Shown: positions 37,541-50,043 of the stretch, piece by piece
How positions within the stretch are numbered: position 1 is the first letter of the stretch
How the letters are laid out: every line of letters starts with the position of its first letter
Origin: Tricharina praecox
Taxonomy: Eukaryota
Length of the DNA stretch: 64,000 nt
Reading direction: 5' to 3'
Assembly (NCBI RefSeq): GCF_024521635.1
Contig: NW_026250421.1
Span: forward strand, 124,001 to 188,000
Made by a program: the position numbers and the translations under genes
The notes under the pieces: generated by a model
Database searches by the model: none
What the model was told of the DNA's origin: nothing
Seen by the model: the letters and a program-made list of their open reading frames with translations, nothing else

Positions 37541-39267
37541 TCACGTCGTCCCCGTTAGCGTAGACTCTTCAATGCTAGAATATTTCCGCTTCCCTTCCGT
37601 CGGCTGACTCGACGATAGCGGCGATGGTAGGGGCGGAGGCAAACGCCCAGTCTCAACTGACGGCGGTTGCCCATAAACTGGGAATGCGGAATGGAGATAG
37701 GGGTGGTCCTGCTGTGCTGTCGACTCGGGGTCCTGCGGACGTAGCATTGGTTGTATGGGGCCGGTTAAGTCTACTGCTGGCGGTTGCGATGCTGGGTATC
37801 GATTGACGATTGACGATCCGGCGGGAAACTGTGGCGAGCGTTGAGAATATGATCCGGCGGGAAATTGTGGCGAGCGTTGAGGAAACGACCCGGCGGGAAA
37901 CTGTGGTGAGTGTTGAGGAAATGATCCTGAGCTGGACACTGCTACCTGGTGTACTGCGTACCGACCGACTTGGGAAGACGAGTCTCCAGTATTTGTCCAG
38001 CCGAAGGGTTCTGGCGACGGGGGTTTCTCCATGGGTTTCACCGGTGATGGTTTATCATCTTCACCGCCGCCGGTTTCTCCCTTTTCCTTCTCCTCTCCCT
38101 TCTCCTCTCCCTTCTCCACCTTCTGCCTCTTTACATTCTCTCTTGCCTGCTCTATCAACGATAGAAAGTCCTCATCATGCGTCTTTGCCCATTCCTTCGC
38201 CGACCAATCCGGCGCCTTGGATTTATCGTTCGCCGGCCTGGTATGTGCCGTCTCCCAAGTAGCCAGTCCCTTCAACAGCTCCTTCTTACTCTTTCGAGAC
38301 AGCGGCGTTGCGTCACGGTTGGCGTTGTAGATACTGGTCCACTCAGTATGTCGCTCCTGGAGCAATTTTCGACTCCCGTGATCTGGAATACCGAGTTCAC
38401 GTAGCTTCTGCCGCAGCTTCTTTTCGGAAAGAAAATTATAGGTGAGTTTCGGGAGAGGCTCGATATCTTCTGGAACGGCGGTAGCGGAGCGGGTATTGCT
38501 AGGGCTGGTGAGTCTATGACTTTTAAGGGTAGAAGAGGGGGGATGTGTACGTGGTGCGGGCTGGACGATTGGCTGGAGCCAGTGGCTGTGATGATGTCAA
38601 TGGGGGTGTAGATCGCTTCTTATCGTCGGAAAAGTGGGATTGGTCTAGGTGGGCGTTTATCGAGGCTTCTTTCATGCGTTTCTGGCAGATCGGGCAGGGG
38701 ACTAAGCCGTCGTCTGGTAGACAGGTGTTAGCATTCAGTTCCCGCCGACTAAATGAGAGGGGATATGCCTGGTGGAGGAGACGGGCTATCTCTATAGGCA
38801 TCGTCATCATCCTCGCTGCATTCGACCACTGTTCTTTTTGGATGTTGGGGCTGAGGTGGCGGCCGATTTCGCTGCGACCTCCGTGATCTCTGCGAACTCA
38901 TCTCGATATCTCCATCTTCCGCCTCCACTTCCTGTTCCACTGCCCTCTCCGGCACCTTCGCCTTCGTAGCAAGCTCTAGCAGATGTTGCCTACATCCCAC
39001 AAACGCATCCAGCGCATCCTGTACAGTCGTATTCTTCCTCAGGTTGAACTCCTGGCTCTGGGCTCGACATATAGGACACTTTCCGTCGCGATGGAATGCC
39101 CGCCGGATACATAGCGAGCAAAATGTGTGGCAGCAGTGTGTGATCATAGGCGCGTTGTAGAATTCCTTGCAGACCTCGCACCGAAGCGCCGCATCGAGGT
39201 GTTCTAGTGCCTGGAGGGAGGTGCCTTTCCAATCGGTAGGGTCGGTGAGGGTGGTAGCTTCGGCCAT
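37541..39267 (-). CDS. RAD18: E3 ubiquitin ligase Rad18 (RING, UBZ, SAP), 3 exons
   Basis: DPTDW; RING CEVCKEFY...CCHTFCSLCIRR...CPICR; UBZ CPICQ...INAHLD; SAP KKLRQKLRELGIPDHG; RHTEW...YNAN. Confidence 0.94.
37815..37927. repeat. 36-bp coding tandem repeat x3 in the RAD18 tail (GSFPQRSPQFPA)
   Basis: Direct reading of three 36-nt units. Confidence 0.9.
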
Positions 39268-39523
39268 GGTGTTTTTGTCGAGTGGTGGGGGTGTGGAGGG
39301 TTGTCGTGCGGGGACGCGCCTTTGAGGGGACGCGCTTCGCTTCTGTTCATTTCTCGATCCCGTAAAGTGTAGCTTGCTAACGTAGTGTCTCGCCAAGAAC
39401 GTACAGGTACCCGTCACCTACATACAAGCTCAACTTCCGGTCCAGACAGCCGTCTCCAGCAACTCGTCTCATCAGCAACTGTCGCATTTCCTTCTCCGGC
39501 TCAATCACACAACCTCCATCACA

Positions 39524-40285
39524 ATGGCCCAAGTCAACTACCGTCTAATCGATGTCGACGCTCTCGACCCAGAGAATGCCTTCCCCGCCGAGCTCCTCAC
39601 CCCGCAGTTCGATCCGGTCGCCATAGGCGACATCCAAGCTCTCGCAACGCAGTGCCGACAACTGCTGCAGCGCGGGGACCAGGAGGCTGCGCTCCAAAGT
39701 GCGTTGGAGAATGTTCCGTACGGAGGGGATGACCAGGGGAAGGTAGAAGCAGCATCCACCCCCCACCCATAGCTCGGTGGTGATTGACCCTATCGCGTCA
39801 CAGGAGCTCCACCTTTCAACCATCCTCGAGATCCTCTCCTCCATAAAGCAGGCCGAGATGACGCCAATCTTGACGCGCATCTACAGCTCTCCCGCGGGGA
39901 CGGAGCTGCTCGACGTTCTCATGAAGTGAGCCACAGCACGTATGCAAGCTCGCGAGACTGCGGACTGACCGAGTCGGCATTAGGTATCTCTACAAGGGCA
40001 TGGCCCGCCACAACGCCTCCAACACTGCTACGCCCGGCGTTTCCGTGCACGCTACTGGCGTCTCCTCTGTTAGTGGCCAGGGAGGGGGTGGTAGAGAGTA
40101 CGGCGTTGCGCCAAGTAGGGGTGATGGAGGCGGGATGAGTGTTTTGTTGAGCTGGCATGAGAAGGTATGGAGCACCGGGGCATCATGTGAAAACCGGATT
40201 GACTGACTGACTGAGGGAATAGGTCGTGGATGTGGCAGGCACGGGTTCCATCGTAAGGGTCATGACGGATCGGAGGACGGTTTGA
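39524..40285 (+). CDS. ARC15: Arp2/3 complex subunit 5 (p16-Arc), 4 exons
   Basis: NYRLIDVDALDPE, ALENVPYGGD, DVLMK|YLYKGM, MSVLLSWHEK|VVDVAGTGSIVRVMTDRRTV*. Confidence 0.95.
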
Positions 40286-40831
40286 AAGCTGCGTGGACTA
40301 TACCTTGGATTGTCTTCTTTCTCTTTCTTCTGCCCTGGCATTTTATAGCGTTGAGTTGTAGCAAAAAAGAGGCCGGTTTGCACATCATCTTCTTATCGAG
40401 TGAGATTTGGTGGGATAATCTAGACACCCACTTCTGCCCGCTCGAAATCAGGACTCATAATCCGCATTTTTGTGTAGCACCAGGTATCAGGAAGATCGTA
40501 TAACGAATTAGATCAAATGTCCTATCGTTCGCTCTGGTAAGCTATTATAAAAGTCACTTCAAGATGATTCAAATTTCATTGGTTATTGGTCTAGTCAATC
40601 ATGGGCGGGACAGATTGTCATGTTGATTTATTAACTGTCATTTAGGCAAAAGGGGATTGAGATGATGGGGATAGTCGGGGGATACCCGCTTTGACAATGC
40701 CTATGGGCCGCTCCTACAGACAGACCGCTCCTACTCCGTACCCGCACAAAACAAGGTACCCAACAACTAACTTATAACCCCTTCCCCCTCCCCCCATCTT
40801 TCCTAGATACCGGCTCCGACCCGAATTTTTT

Positions 40832-43800
40832 CTAAAAACTCATGCCGTACTGGTGTCCGTGGTGCGGTTGTTTCTGCGGTGGGTGATGTAGCTGCGGCTG
40901 TAATGGTGGCGGCAGAAGCGGCGGTGGTGCTGCTTTCAGCGATACATTTTCTCTTCTCAGGAGCCTTTACGCATCAATTAGTCCACCATTTGCCCCATAA
41001 ATAAAACGACAGGAAACCGGGAACATACATATTCTCCCTCTTGAGTCTTCCCTGCTCCTCTCGTAACTGCCGCAGCATCTCCAGTACTTCGGCTTCACCC
41101 TTGCCCAGCTTGAAGCCGTTGGACATCTTCACGAGCTCCTCGTTAAAACGTTCAAACAGCACGTCGTTCTCGGCGACACAGTCATTCAGCAGCTTATCTG
41201 CGCCAGCGAGTTCCTTTTCCTTGCGTGCCAGCAGCGCTTTTAATCTTTCGACATCAGCTAGGCTGGGTGAGTTGAGTATGGGGAAGGGTGCTGCAGGGGA
41301 GGACGTGATGCGCGCCTCGAGAGCGGCAAGACGGGCGGAAAGGTCCCGGTATTTGGCGGCGTCAGCTGTTTGTGCCTGTGTGGGTGTGCGGGTACGTGAG
41401 CTCAAGTTCATAGCGGAGCTCAGTTCTGCGCCTATCAGATCAATTTCCCGCTGCAGGTTTGAGTCGACTGTTGCAGTGCTAAGGGCTTGTTTTTCGGTGT
41501 TGAGGCGCTCACGGAGCTGTGCGGAATTAGTCAGTTATGTATAGTCAATATGTACGATGGAAGTATATACCTTCTGCGTACTCTGCATCTTCAGTCTCTG
41601 GGGTACCGGCACCGCCGAAGCCGCACCAAACGACTTGCGGGCATTTTGCCGCCCCGATAATGTCGACGGTGGAGAGTTTTCGTCGCTCTGGTGGCTGTGT
41701 GATGAGCCCAGGCGGGATTGCTCTCGGGGGCTCGGGGTAGATCGCTGCAGTTCTAGCGGCGGCGGTGGTGGCGGTGGTGGTGGTAGTGGCAGGGGCTTAG
41801 GTCCATCATGGTAGACATCGAGATTTAACTCCGAGTTGCTCTTAATTGGTGGAGTGAGTGTGGGTGCAGGATGCAGTTGACGGTAATCTGGGTGGTTTGT
41901 CAGGTCCCCAAGACTACTCCTTCTCTTGCGGCGAGAATTCTGTGCAGGTTCTCCAGGTGGGACTAGATGGATGGGTGATGCGAGGATTGTTGACATTGGC
42001 CTCGGGGCGGTCTGAGTGGGAGTTATGGGTCCATTGGGTCCGCCCATGCCGCCATACCCACCGCCGGATCCCAACACTATTGGGCGGTCTCTGGAGCTGG
42101 GACGGAGAGGTGGTGGGATTACCCCGGCACGGCCATAGTCAATTGATTTGGAGCGTTCCATTCGGGTTTTGTTGTCCTTCTTGCTCAAAGTCCGCCACAC
42201 GGAATGGGGCCTCGACATATCGAGTCTAGAGCCCTCACGCACCGATGAGGAATGACTGAGGCCCAACCGTTTCCGGAGCGAAGAGGGATTGGGCACAACG
42301 TTGACCGATTTAGCCCTTTTGACTGCACCGTTCTCAAGCCGCGGTGGCGGTGCCTCTGTAGAATACACCGTCAGATACTTTACAAAGTATATCCGTATGA
42401 AAGACAAGTACTGACCACTAAACAGGGTATCCATGTCTCCAACCAACATATCAACCAGACCCATGTAATCCAAAGCATTGACCTCCTCTCCCACCAGCAA
42501 CTCCGTGAAAGCTTTCGTCAACATGCCCTTGTCATCCTCCGCCTCAACCTTCTCTTGCATCTCCTTCAGCAGCACAATGATGGTTCGGAAAGCCCTCTTG
42601 TTCTGAGGGGTCCAATCGAGGACGAAAATCCTAAAGAAGTCCTCGAAATCTCCTGGATAAAGTGTGCCGCTTTTGTCCCGTAGCTCCGCCAAAGCAGCTT
42701 CACTAATGACAGGGCCCATTTCATCCCTCCAAGGAGAGCTCAGGAATTTCGCAAAGGCGACAAAGACGACATCGATGCCAATGTCTTTCTCAAGGCGACA
42801 ACTCCGGGGATCCGCCACCAGTTGGCCCAAAAGAAAATCAACCGCCTCGTGGTCCACTTTGTGAATCTCGTAGAGCGGTCCGAGATCTACACCCGAGCTT
42901 CCTATCATCCGCATAGTGTTGACGAGTGCCTCAAACGTATCCTCGAGCTTTCTTAGTGGACTTTCAATAGCCATAGTGATTCTATGACGGCCCTCTCCAT
43001 CCGATGCCTCGCCCTCTCCGGCGAAGCCGATAACGGTTGTGCCGCGTTGGAACATGCTTATAGGCCGCAGTTCTTTGGGAGGTAGCATCTGACTTTGAGT
43101 TCGTTCCATCAAACCCACCCTCTGTTTGTTCGGGCTTCCAGGCGTGTTTAAGATGGAGTTGATGAGTTTCACTGGACTAGGTGGTCGCAGCTTGCTGAAT
43201 CTTCCTTCACCCTCAAATGGCACGCCGAGGGCGCGCAAAAGCTTTCTGTTCGCGGAGAGGAGCGCAGAAGTCAATGGGGGATGTTGAGGTGAGGTGTGAA
43301 GGCGCAGTAATGAAGATAACCTCATTGTAAACGCCGGAAGGAGTTCTTCGTAGGAAACGGTATCGGTGGAGGCATATTCGTTCCAACTTCGGCATTCAAG
43401 TCTTAGCTGCTTCGCTTTCGATTCCTCAAGGCTGAAGACGATGTCGACACCATTCTTACCCACATCACCCACCAACTGAGATCGACTGGCCGTGGAGCCC
43501 GTGGTCCCGATGTCCAGATAGACAACCGTCGAACCTTTCTGTTTCATTTGCGAATACCCGGCTTGACTTCCCCAGACACAGCTCCAGAGAGTCAGTCCAT
43601 CGCACTTGGTTTCTCGCAATCCGATAACGCCCTTCGTCTTGCGCCCCATCCGTTTCTCCAGTCTCGCCTTCGCAAATTCCTCCTCCACTTTATGGGCACG
43701 CCCTTCGTATTGATTCAATAGCCGCATTTTGCGCAGACTCGTACCGCCTGCTCTGATATCCCAACCGTCCTTCAGGTTACTTGCCAAAGTCATCCACAGA

Positions 43801-45434
43801 ACGGTGCCAACATCGCTTCCGGCCGGCTTGACGTCAGCGATGTCAACCCAGCCGATGAACTGCAGGTCATGCCCGCCGCCATCCCTCCTAGCCCCGCTTC
43901 CGGCATTTGTAGCAACACCGCCACCTGGTCGATCCACTTCCGCCATGACTCCCCTAGCAAGCACGGATTTCGAACTTGGCCGCCGGAGAAATACCACGCA
44001 GTCTGGGAATAGCAGTAATAACGAGGATGCTGCTTCGGATGTGTTGTCGTTGTAAGGAGGCATAATATCCAGGTAATCTATTGCTGTAATCAAACGTCCA
44101 GCCGGTTGTAGATGGAGCGGCCACGAAGCGATGAACGACTGAAGCCGTTTAACGGTCGTCGTCCGTTCGGTCGTTTCCGATGATTGAAGGGAACATATCT
44201 CCGTTATTATTCCACGGGCGTCGTTGAGTGGCCCCAGCGAAGAATGATCACTTGGTAGGAGGTTGAGCATATTGTCTATCAAAAGCGAATACCTCGGGAG
44301 TCTCTGGACAGGCTCGATGATCAATGAACGCAGTTTCTGCTCTCCGGTTTGCTGAATCCTCTTTGAGACAGACGAGTCTTTCTGCTTCGTGAGCTTTGCA
44401 AGCAGTTGCGGGAACTCCGCGCTGGCCTGCATGTACTCTTCATAGGGTTTCTTGAAAGAAGGAAAGCTTTCCAGGCAGCATTTGCTCACGTCCTCGATTC
44501 CGCCGGTCCTAATGCCTTGCAGAAACCGTGCATTGACTTCGATTATGGTCTCTAAACATGGCGGAAACAGAGTATCCAAATCCTTTGGCGACAGAGTTGA
44601 TCCCTCGCCCTTCCTCGATGAAGGTCGCCGTTGCTTTAGAGGTTTGGCAATATCTTCCAATAGCTCTCGCAATTTCGCAACATAGTTCTCCTCCGTGTGC
44701 CGCAGCTCCTCCAGCTCTCGCTCTAGAGCTTCGGCTGTATCCTTGAGGGACTTAGGTCGTATAATCGTTGACGCCGGTCTACTCGCCGCGCGCTTCAGCT
44801 TCGAAAACGGTAGGTACGTCGGTTCACCGAAGCCGCTCAGAATCTTCTCGACGTCCTCGGGAACCAAATCTGGATCGACCGCAAGGTTGCTTTCTGACGA
44901 CCGCACAACAATGTCCAGATCCACAGCGCCGACGAACCGCTCGGCCAGCGCGCACATCAGATCGGTCGCCAGACTCTCCGTCTCCACCTCCTTAAGTCGT
45001 GCCGCCAGGTCCCCCGCATGCATTTCATCGAAGGCTACCGCCTGCGCCTCCCCCGGCGTAGCACCATTGCCCTGGCTCCTCAGCAGTGTTTCCTTGACAG
45101 CCTTCGATAGCTCCGAGAAGTACTTCAGCACGGCGATGGCGAATCCGCGATGTATCTCCGAGGTCTGCTTCTGCAGCGGAAGGTGGTTGACGGCGGCATA
45201 GAGCGGCGACGAATGTGACAGCGCAAGCTTCGGGTAACTCTGGAAACCCGCACAGCTGAAGATGTGGGCTTCGATCCTGCCGTGGGACACCGATGGAGAG
45301 GATGGATGCGACGGAGCCGACGACGACGAGGACAGCGAGCTGTAGAAAACGATGATGTGGCCCAGGACGGGATCGGTTGCGGCGTACGGCGTGCAATTGC
45401 TTAGGTTCGGAGGAGGTGCTGAGAGGGAAGCCAT
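40832..45434 (-). CDS. BUD3: Large DH-domain RhoGEF, Bud3-like (septation), 4 exons
   Basis: DH domain: EELRHTEENYVAKL...LRSLIIEPVQRLPRYSLLIDNM. The N-terminus (HIFSCAGFQSYPKL...PLYAAV) resembles filamentous-fungal Bud3 as I recall it. The C-terminal coiled coil contains ENDVLFERFNEEL. The RhoGEF call is firm; the Bud3 orthology is less certain. Confidence 0.78.
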
Positions 45435-46675
45435 GGTCTCCGAGGGCGGCGAGCGCCAAGCGCGCAAGGCTACTCACTACCTGCTTGCGGGGCGGGGCTG
45501 CTTGCTTTGTTTCGCTTCTGTTCTAGAGTTGGAACAACACTTTGCAGGCGGGAGAAGCGCGGGGTGGGATGGGATGGGTACAGTACGGAGGTGTGGAGGT
45601 GACAGGAGAACAGCAGCAGCAGCAGGAGCAGCAACAGCAGCAGATAGCTCGCGGTGCATACATCCAATTAAGGAAAAGATAGAGTGGGCACCTGTGTCGA
45701 GTGACTTTAGTGTTTTTTCCTCAGCCCTTTGGGTTCTCCATCATTTGACAAAGGGCGACGTTCGTCGGACTGTCGGACTCGCGCTGCTTCGGTGGCCTGC
45801 TGGGAGCGAACAACAACGCAGCTTCGGGGCATACAGCAGGAACAGGAAGATGTGCGGGGGCGGGCTGGCGACCCGAGGAGAAGAAAGAAAGAAAAATCCC
45901 ACTTTGTACATAAACCGTCGCCGACTACGGAAGGAACTGGGTGGTGGAGGATTGTCTATTTCGAAGGCGTGAACTGCGGGGCATACTCTATCTACTTGGC
46001 TATCCTCAGAAGCTGTCGCGCGGTGGTCTGGTGCGCCACATTGGATGTGGCTAGGTATGGTTGTCAACCCCCACGTTTCCTCATGAAAGCCTGGTTGTCA
46101 TGCGTGCCAAAGTCGTAGATACATACCCTGTTGACAGGCCCTGCCAATCGAATTGGGGTTCTGTTGTGCTTTTAGTACATCGAGTGGCAAGCCGCAGAAG
46201 CCAGCGTGTGATTGGAGCCGCTGTGCCGTGCTTCGAGCTCAAAGGTCTGTTGCTATGGGGTTGTTATGCAGCAGATTGGAGAGAGAGGGAGAGGGGGGGA
46301 ACCCGCAACGCTGTCGATTGGCGGAATGCTGGTGGTTGTGGCGATTAACGCGCCTCATGAGGTGAAGAGTTTAAACATTCGAAACCACCGCCTCGCTCAT
46401 GAAGGTCCAGTCCAAGATCTACACGATGTTATCTCCACTGTGGAGTAACGACCCAACTGGAGCATTCGCTCTAGCTGCCGTCCATTCCTAGGCCTAATGC
46501 AACAAACAATGACATCAAAAAACGGTCAAACAACATGAATAAACATACAGAAACAGTGTAAAACAGCCAACATCCACATTCCGCACTGTACCTTATAAAC
46601 CTCCGCACCTCCTCACCCCTTCCCCTCAACCAGAGCTCAAATGGCTAAACAACCCGCTCAACATATAAAATTCAT

Positions 46676-49600
46676 CTACACAACCGTACCCGTATATGGC
46701 GTGGGCGTGGGAGTGGTCTCACCAGCGCTGTTTTCTGCCGGGGCAGAAGAATCACCATTTGTCTCCGTGGGCGCAGCTGCAGCTGACGGCCTATCCTTCC
46801 GCCTGTAGTAAAGCATCACATCCCCACTCGTCTTCCACACGTATGTTCTCATGGTAGCCAGTGACATAGTAGGCGGGACGACCTTGCAGATGCATCAGCA
46901 CTGACCTATATGCAAAGACGGGGGACAAACCTGATCATGACAAAGAAGCTCCAACCAGTCCTCTGGTTTTGCGGGTTCTTCTCCCTCGGCGACGGTGGGA
47001 AGATAACCGGATGCCATGTACGGTGGTGCGAGATGCTCCGCCACGTATGACATAATCTTTTTGGCACGGAGCATGCGGTTTGCGTTTAGGCGGGCATTCT
47101 TCCCTTCGCTGTTGAATTATGAGATTAGGTGTACTTCCAGTGATGATGGGGATGGGGAAGCGCACCTTCCGGACTCGCTAGGGAGTACTGGTAATTCATC
47201 TTGCCATGGAACCAACACGAAACTGACCTTCATGGTTTCCTTGAACGGGATGCGGTTGAGAAGGATCAATTCTCCGAGCCACGCTGGGGCAACCCTCTCC
47301 AGGAGGTCCGCATCCTCGCCCAGACTACCCACCGTTCCACGGTATAGATCCGCCACGCCGCCAGAATCCGGTTTGTCCTCTTGGACTATTATAGTAGTGT
47401 TTCGTGGCGGCTTCAATACCGGTGTTTCAGTCGGCAGACTGGGAGTAATCGCCGTGGTGACCTGTTCTCCATCTCGGTCCTGATTTTCGTACATCGTTCG
47501 GATGCGTCTTATCACACCGCCCAGCGTCTCCTCGAGGATATCCGGCTTGTCAATTTCCTCCAAGACTGTTTGTTCCAGTGGCCTTTCGTCAGTGGTTGCC
47601 AGCGGTTTGGATCCGCCCATGTCTGTCGACGCGGACCGACCCATTTTCTTGCCCGCGAATGGACGCCAACCTCCGACGTTAAAGCGGGAACCTTTGTCTT
47701 CCTTTTCCTTCTCGGCTGAGGGCGACATGGGGACGGTGTCATCCAGATCACCTCCGGGTGTAGTACCACCGTTCTTTGCCGATGTCTGGAAAACACCGGC
47801 TCCTGATGAGAAGTAGTCGCCACTCTGTCGTTCGCCTGACCTGTTGCTGTTACCATCGTCCCAGGGAGTCGTAATGAAGGGAGCGGGCGTGGCAACGCCA
47901 ATTCCCATTCCTGGCGTTTGGGGGAAAAGAGAGTATCCGCTGGGATTCGCCTTCCCTGTTGGGGTTGTTAGGGGACTACCGGCTGCCTCAATCATAGAGA
48001 AAGTCGGAGGCGGGAGCGTTAATACATTCTCCTTTCGTAATTTCTCACGGCTTTGGCGCTCTGATTCGAGGATCTTTCGGTGGTCTTCGTCGCGCCGAAT
48101 TTCCTCGTCGATCAGGTTGCTGAATAGGTACCGCAAGACCCACTTGCCCATGTTGACTTGAATGTATTAGTGATGGAGATTGAATGGAGAGAAGAGATAA
48201 ATGTACTTCTCTGATCGTCTCTAAACTCGAGCTTTTCCTCTATGGCCGCCTCGTCCACATACATCTCCGCATCAAAGCAGTAGTTCTCCTCCAATACGCA
48301 TGCCAACCTCCCCGTACGAGTATCAAGCTGACACCAGTTCGCAATGGTGTCTGTGGTATTAACCTCCATGGCCACATCGTCCATGTGTCTTTCTCCGAAC
48401 GATTTAATAGGCACACATTTCAGCAAGTCCCACATCACTACCTCTCCAGCAGTGTCGACAGTCAAAACCCGCCGTCTATCGTTGAGCAAAAAGTGCTTTA
48501 CGAGACCCCGCTGGCCTTCGATGGTTTCGTCTGGAGATTCATTGTAGGGCACTGTGCCTCCCGCCTCACCCTCGAGCAAAGTCTCAGCCATCGACGCGTG
48601 CCGTACGCTGGCTGCCGAGTAAACGGTTACAGCATCTGGATCGCGGACATTCGATGGGAAGGAAGATGAGGATGACAGGCGCAAAAGAGAGCCAACCGGG
48701 ATCGTACTCCGTGTTGGAGGCGATGGTGGCGAGACTGAAGTTTCGCTAATACTAGGGGCAGAGAAAGGAACCCTTGGACGAGAGCTTGCAGAGGAAGCCA
48801 CCCGCGGCCTGCGGATATCTGTGGCGATGTCCAGGTCGGTATCGACGTCCAGCCAGCGGTTGATGCTGGAACTGGATGTTGCCGCCCACAAGTAATCACC
48901 TGCTGCAACGACTTTATTGATACCGTCTTTCTCTTGGCATACAGCGACGCATATCCCGTCTTCGATTTCGGCCACATTGCGGACATCCGTTTTGGCAACG
49001 AGGCCAGAGCGATCGCTGGAATGGAAGACCTCCAGACGTGGGTGTGAAGAGTGCAAGGACCACACACTGTCGTTATGCATGCTGAAGGTGTGCAGACACC
49101 GTCCTGCGGTCATGCTCCAGAGCTTGATGGTCGTGTCGGATGACGCCGTCAAAACCATATTGCCCTGATCACTGACCAAAATTGACCGGACATTGTCCGT
49201 GTGGCCGACAAACTTTGTGATCCGTTTTCCAGACCGTGGATCCCAAACCCGCACCACGCCTTCAGGCCCACCACTGGCGAGAACGTTTCCCCCAATTCCC
49301 AATGAGTAGATTGAACCTTTCGGGTTCTGGCCTTCGTCCCCGACATCGATCTGGAGCCGCTCTCCGCCTCCGTTCAAGTCCCAGAACTTGATCTTTCTGT
49401 CGAGTCCACCACTTGCTACCCATTCGCCATGTTCCTTCGGCGCCGCAAGACACTTGACATAGTCGCTGTGTTCTCCGATAGTGTCGGCCTGCTGACTGGT
49501 CGCGGAATGTGGTCTCCAGAGCTTCACCGTAAGGTCGGAAGAGCAGGACACAACAACTTCGTTCGAGTTGCAGAGCGCAAGGTCATTGACCCAATGCGTG

Positions 49601-50043
49601 TGCGCTTGAATTTGGTCGCGAAACGAATACGGCAAAGGAGTCGGTCGAGGAACGTATTCGGACGGTGGTCGCTTTTCCGAAAGGTCGACACCGAGATTCC
49701 ATGAGCAGATGACACCGTCTCTGCCAGCCGTGTATCTGCATGACGCGTGAGCGACCCGTCAGTTCATCCCATTTGCCCACTGCTAACGCTTTCTTTCTTT
49801 TCCCTTGTCTGCGCATCCATTCTCTGCAGCTTTCCACTCGCACACGGCACTCGCACTCACAGAATACCCTGGCGCCCATCAATGGCAAGACTGTTGACAC
49901 CCAACCTGTGGCCGCCCGGCGAATTCGCTAGAGGTAGAACTGCAGCGACGCGACGACTCGCGTGTCAGCCAGCCAGCGAGCAGCGATCGCAGAGTGCAGT
50001 TCGACAAACCATAGCTTATCCTCTGACGGGCTTTCTTGGCCAT
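46676..50043 (-). CDS. WDR48: WD40 deubiquitinase activator WDR48/UAF1 (Duf1/Bun107), 6 exons
   Basis: MAKKARQRISY|VLP...GHRLGVNSL, HTHWVNDLAL, HSDYVKCLA, GHTDNVRSIL, INMGKWVLRYLF, RLNANRMLRAKKI, MSLATMRTYVWKTSGD. Confidence 0.93.
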
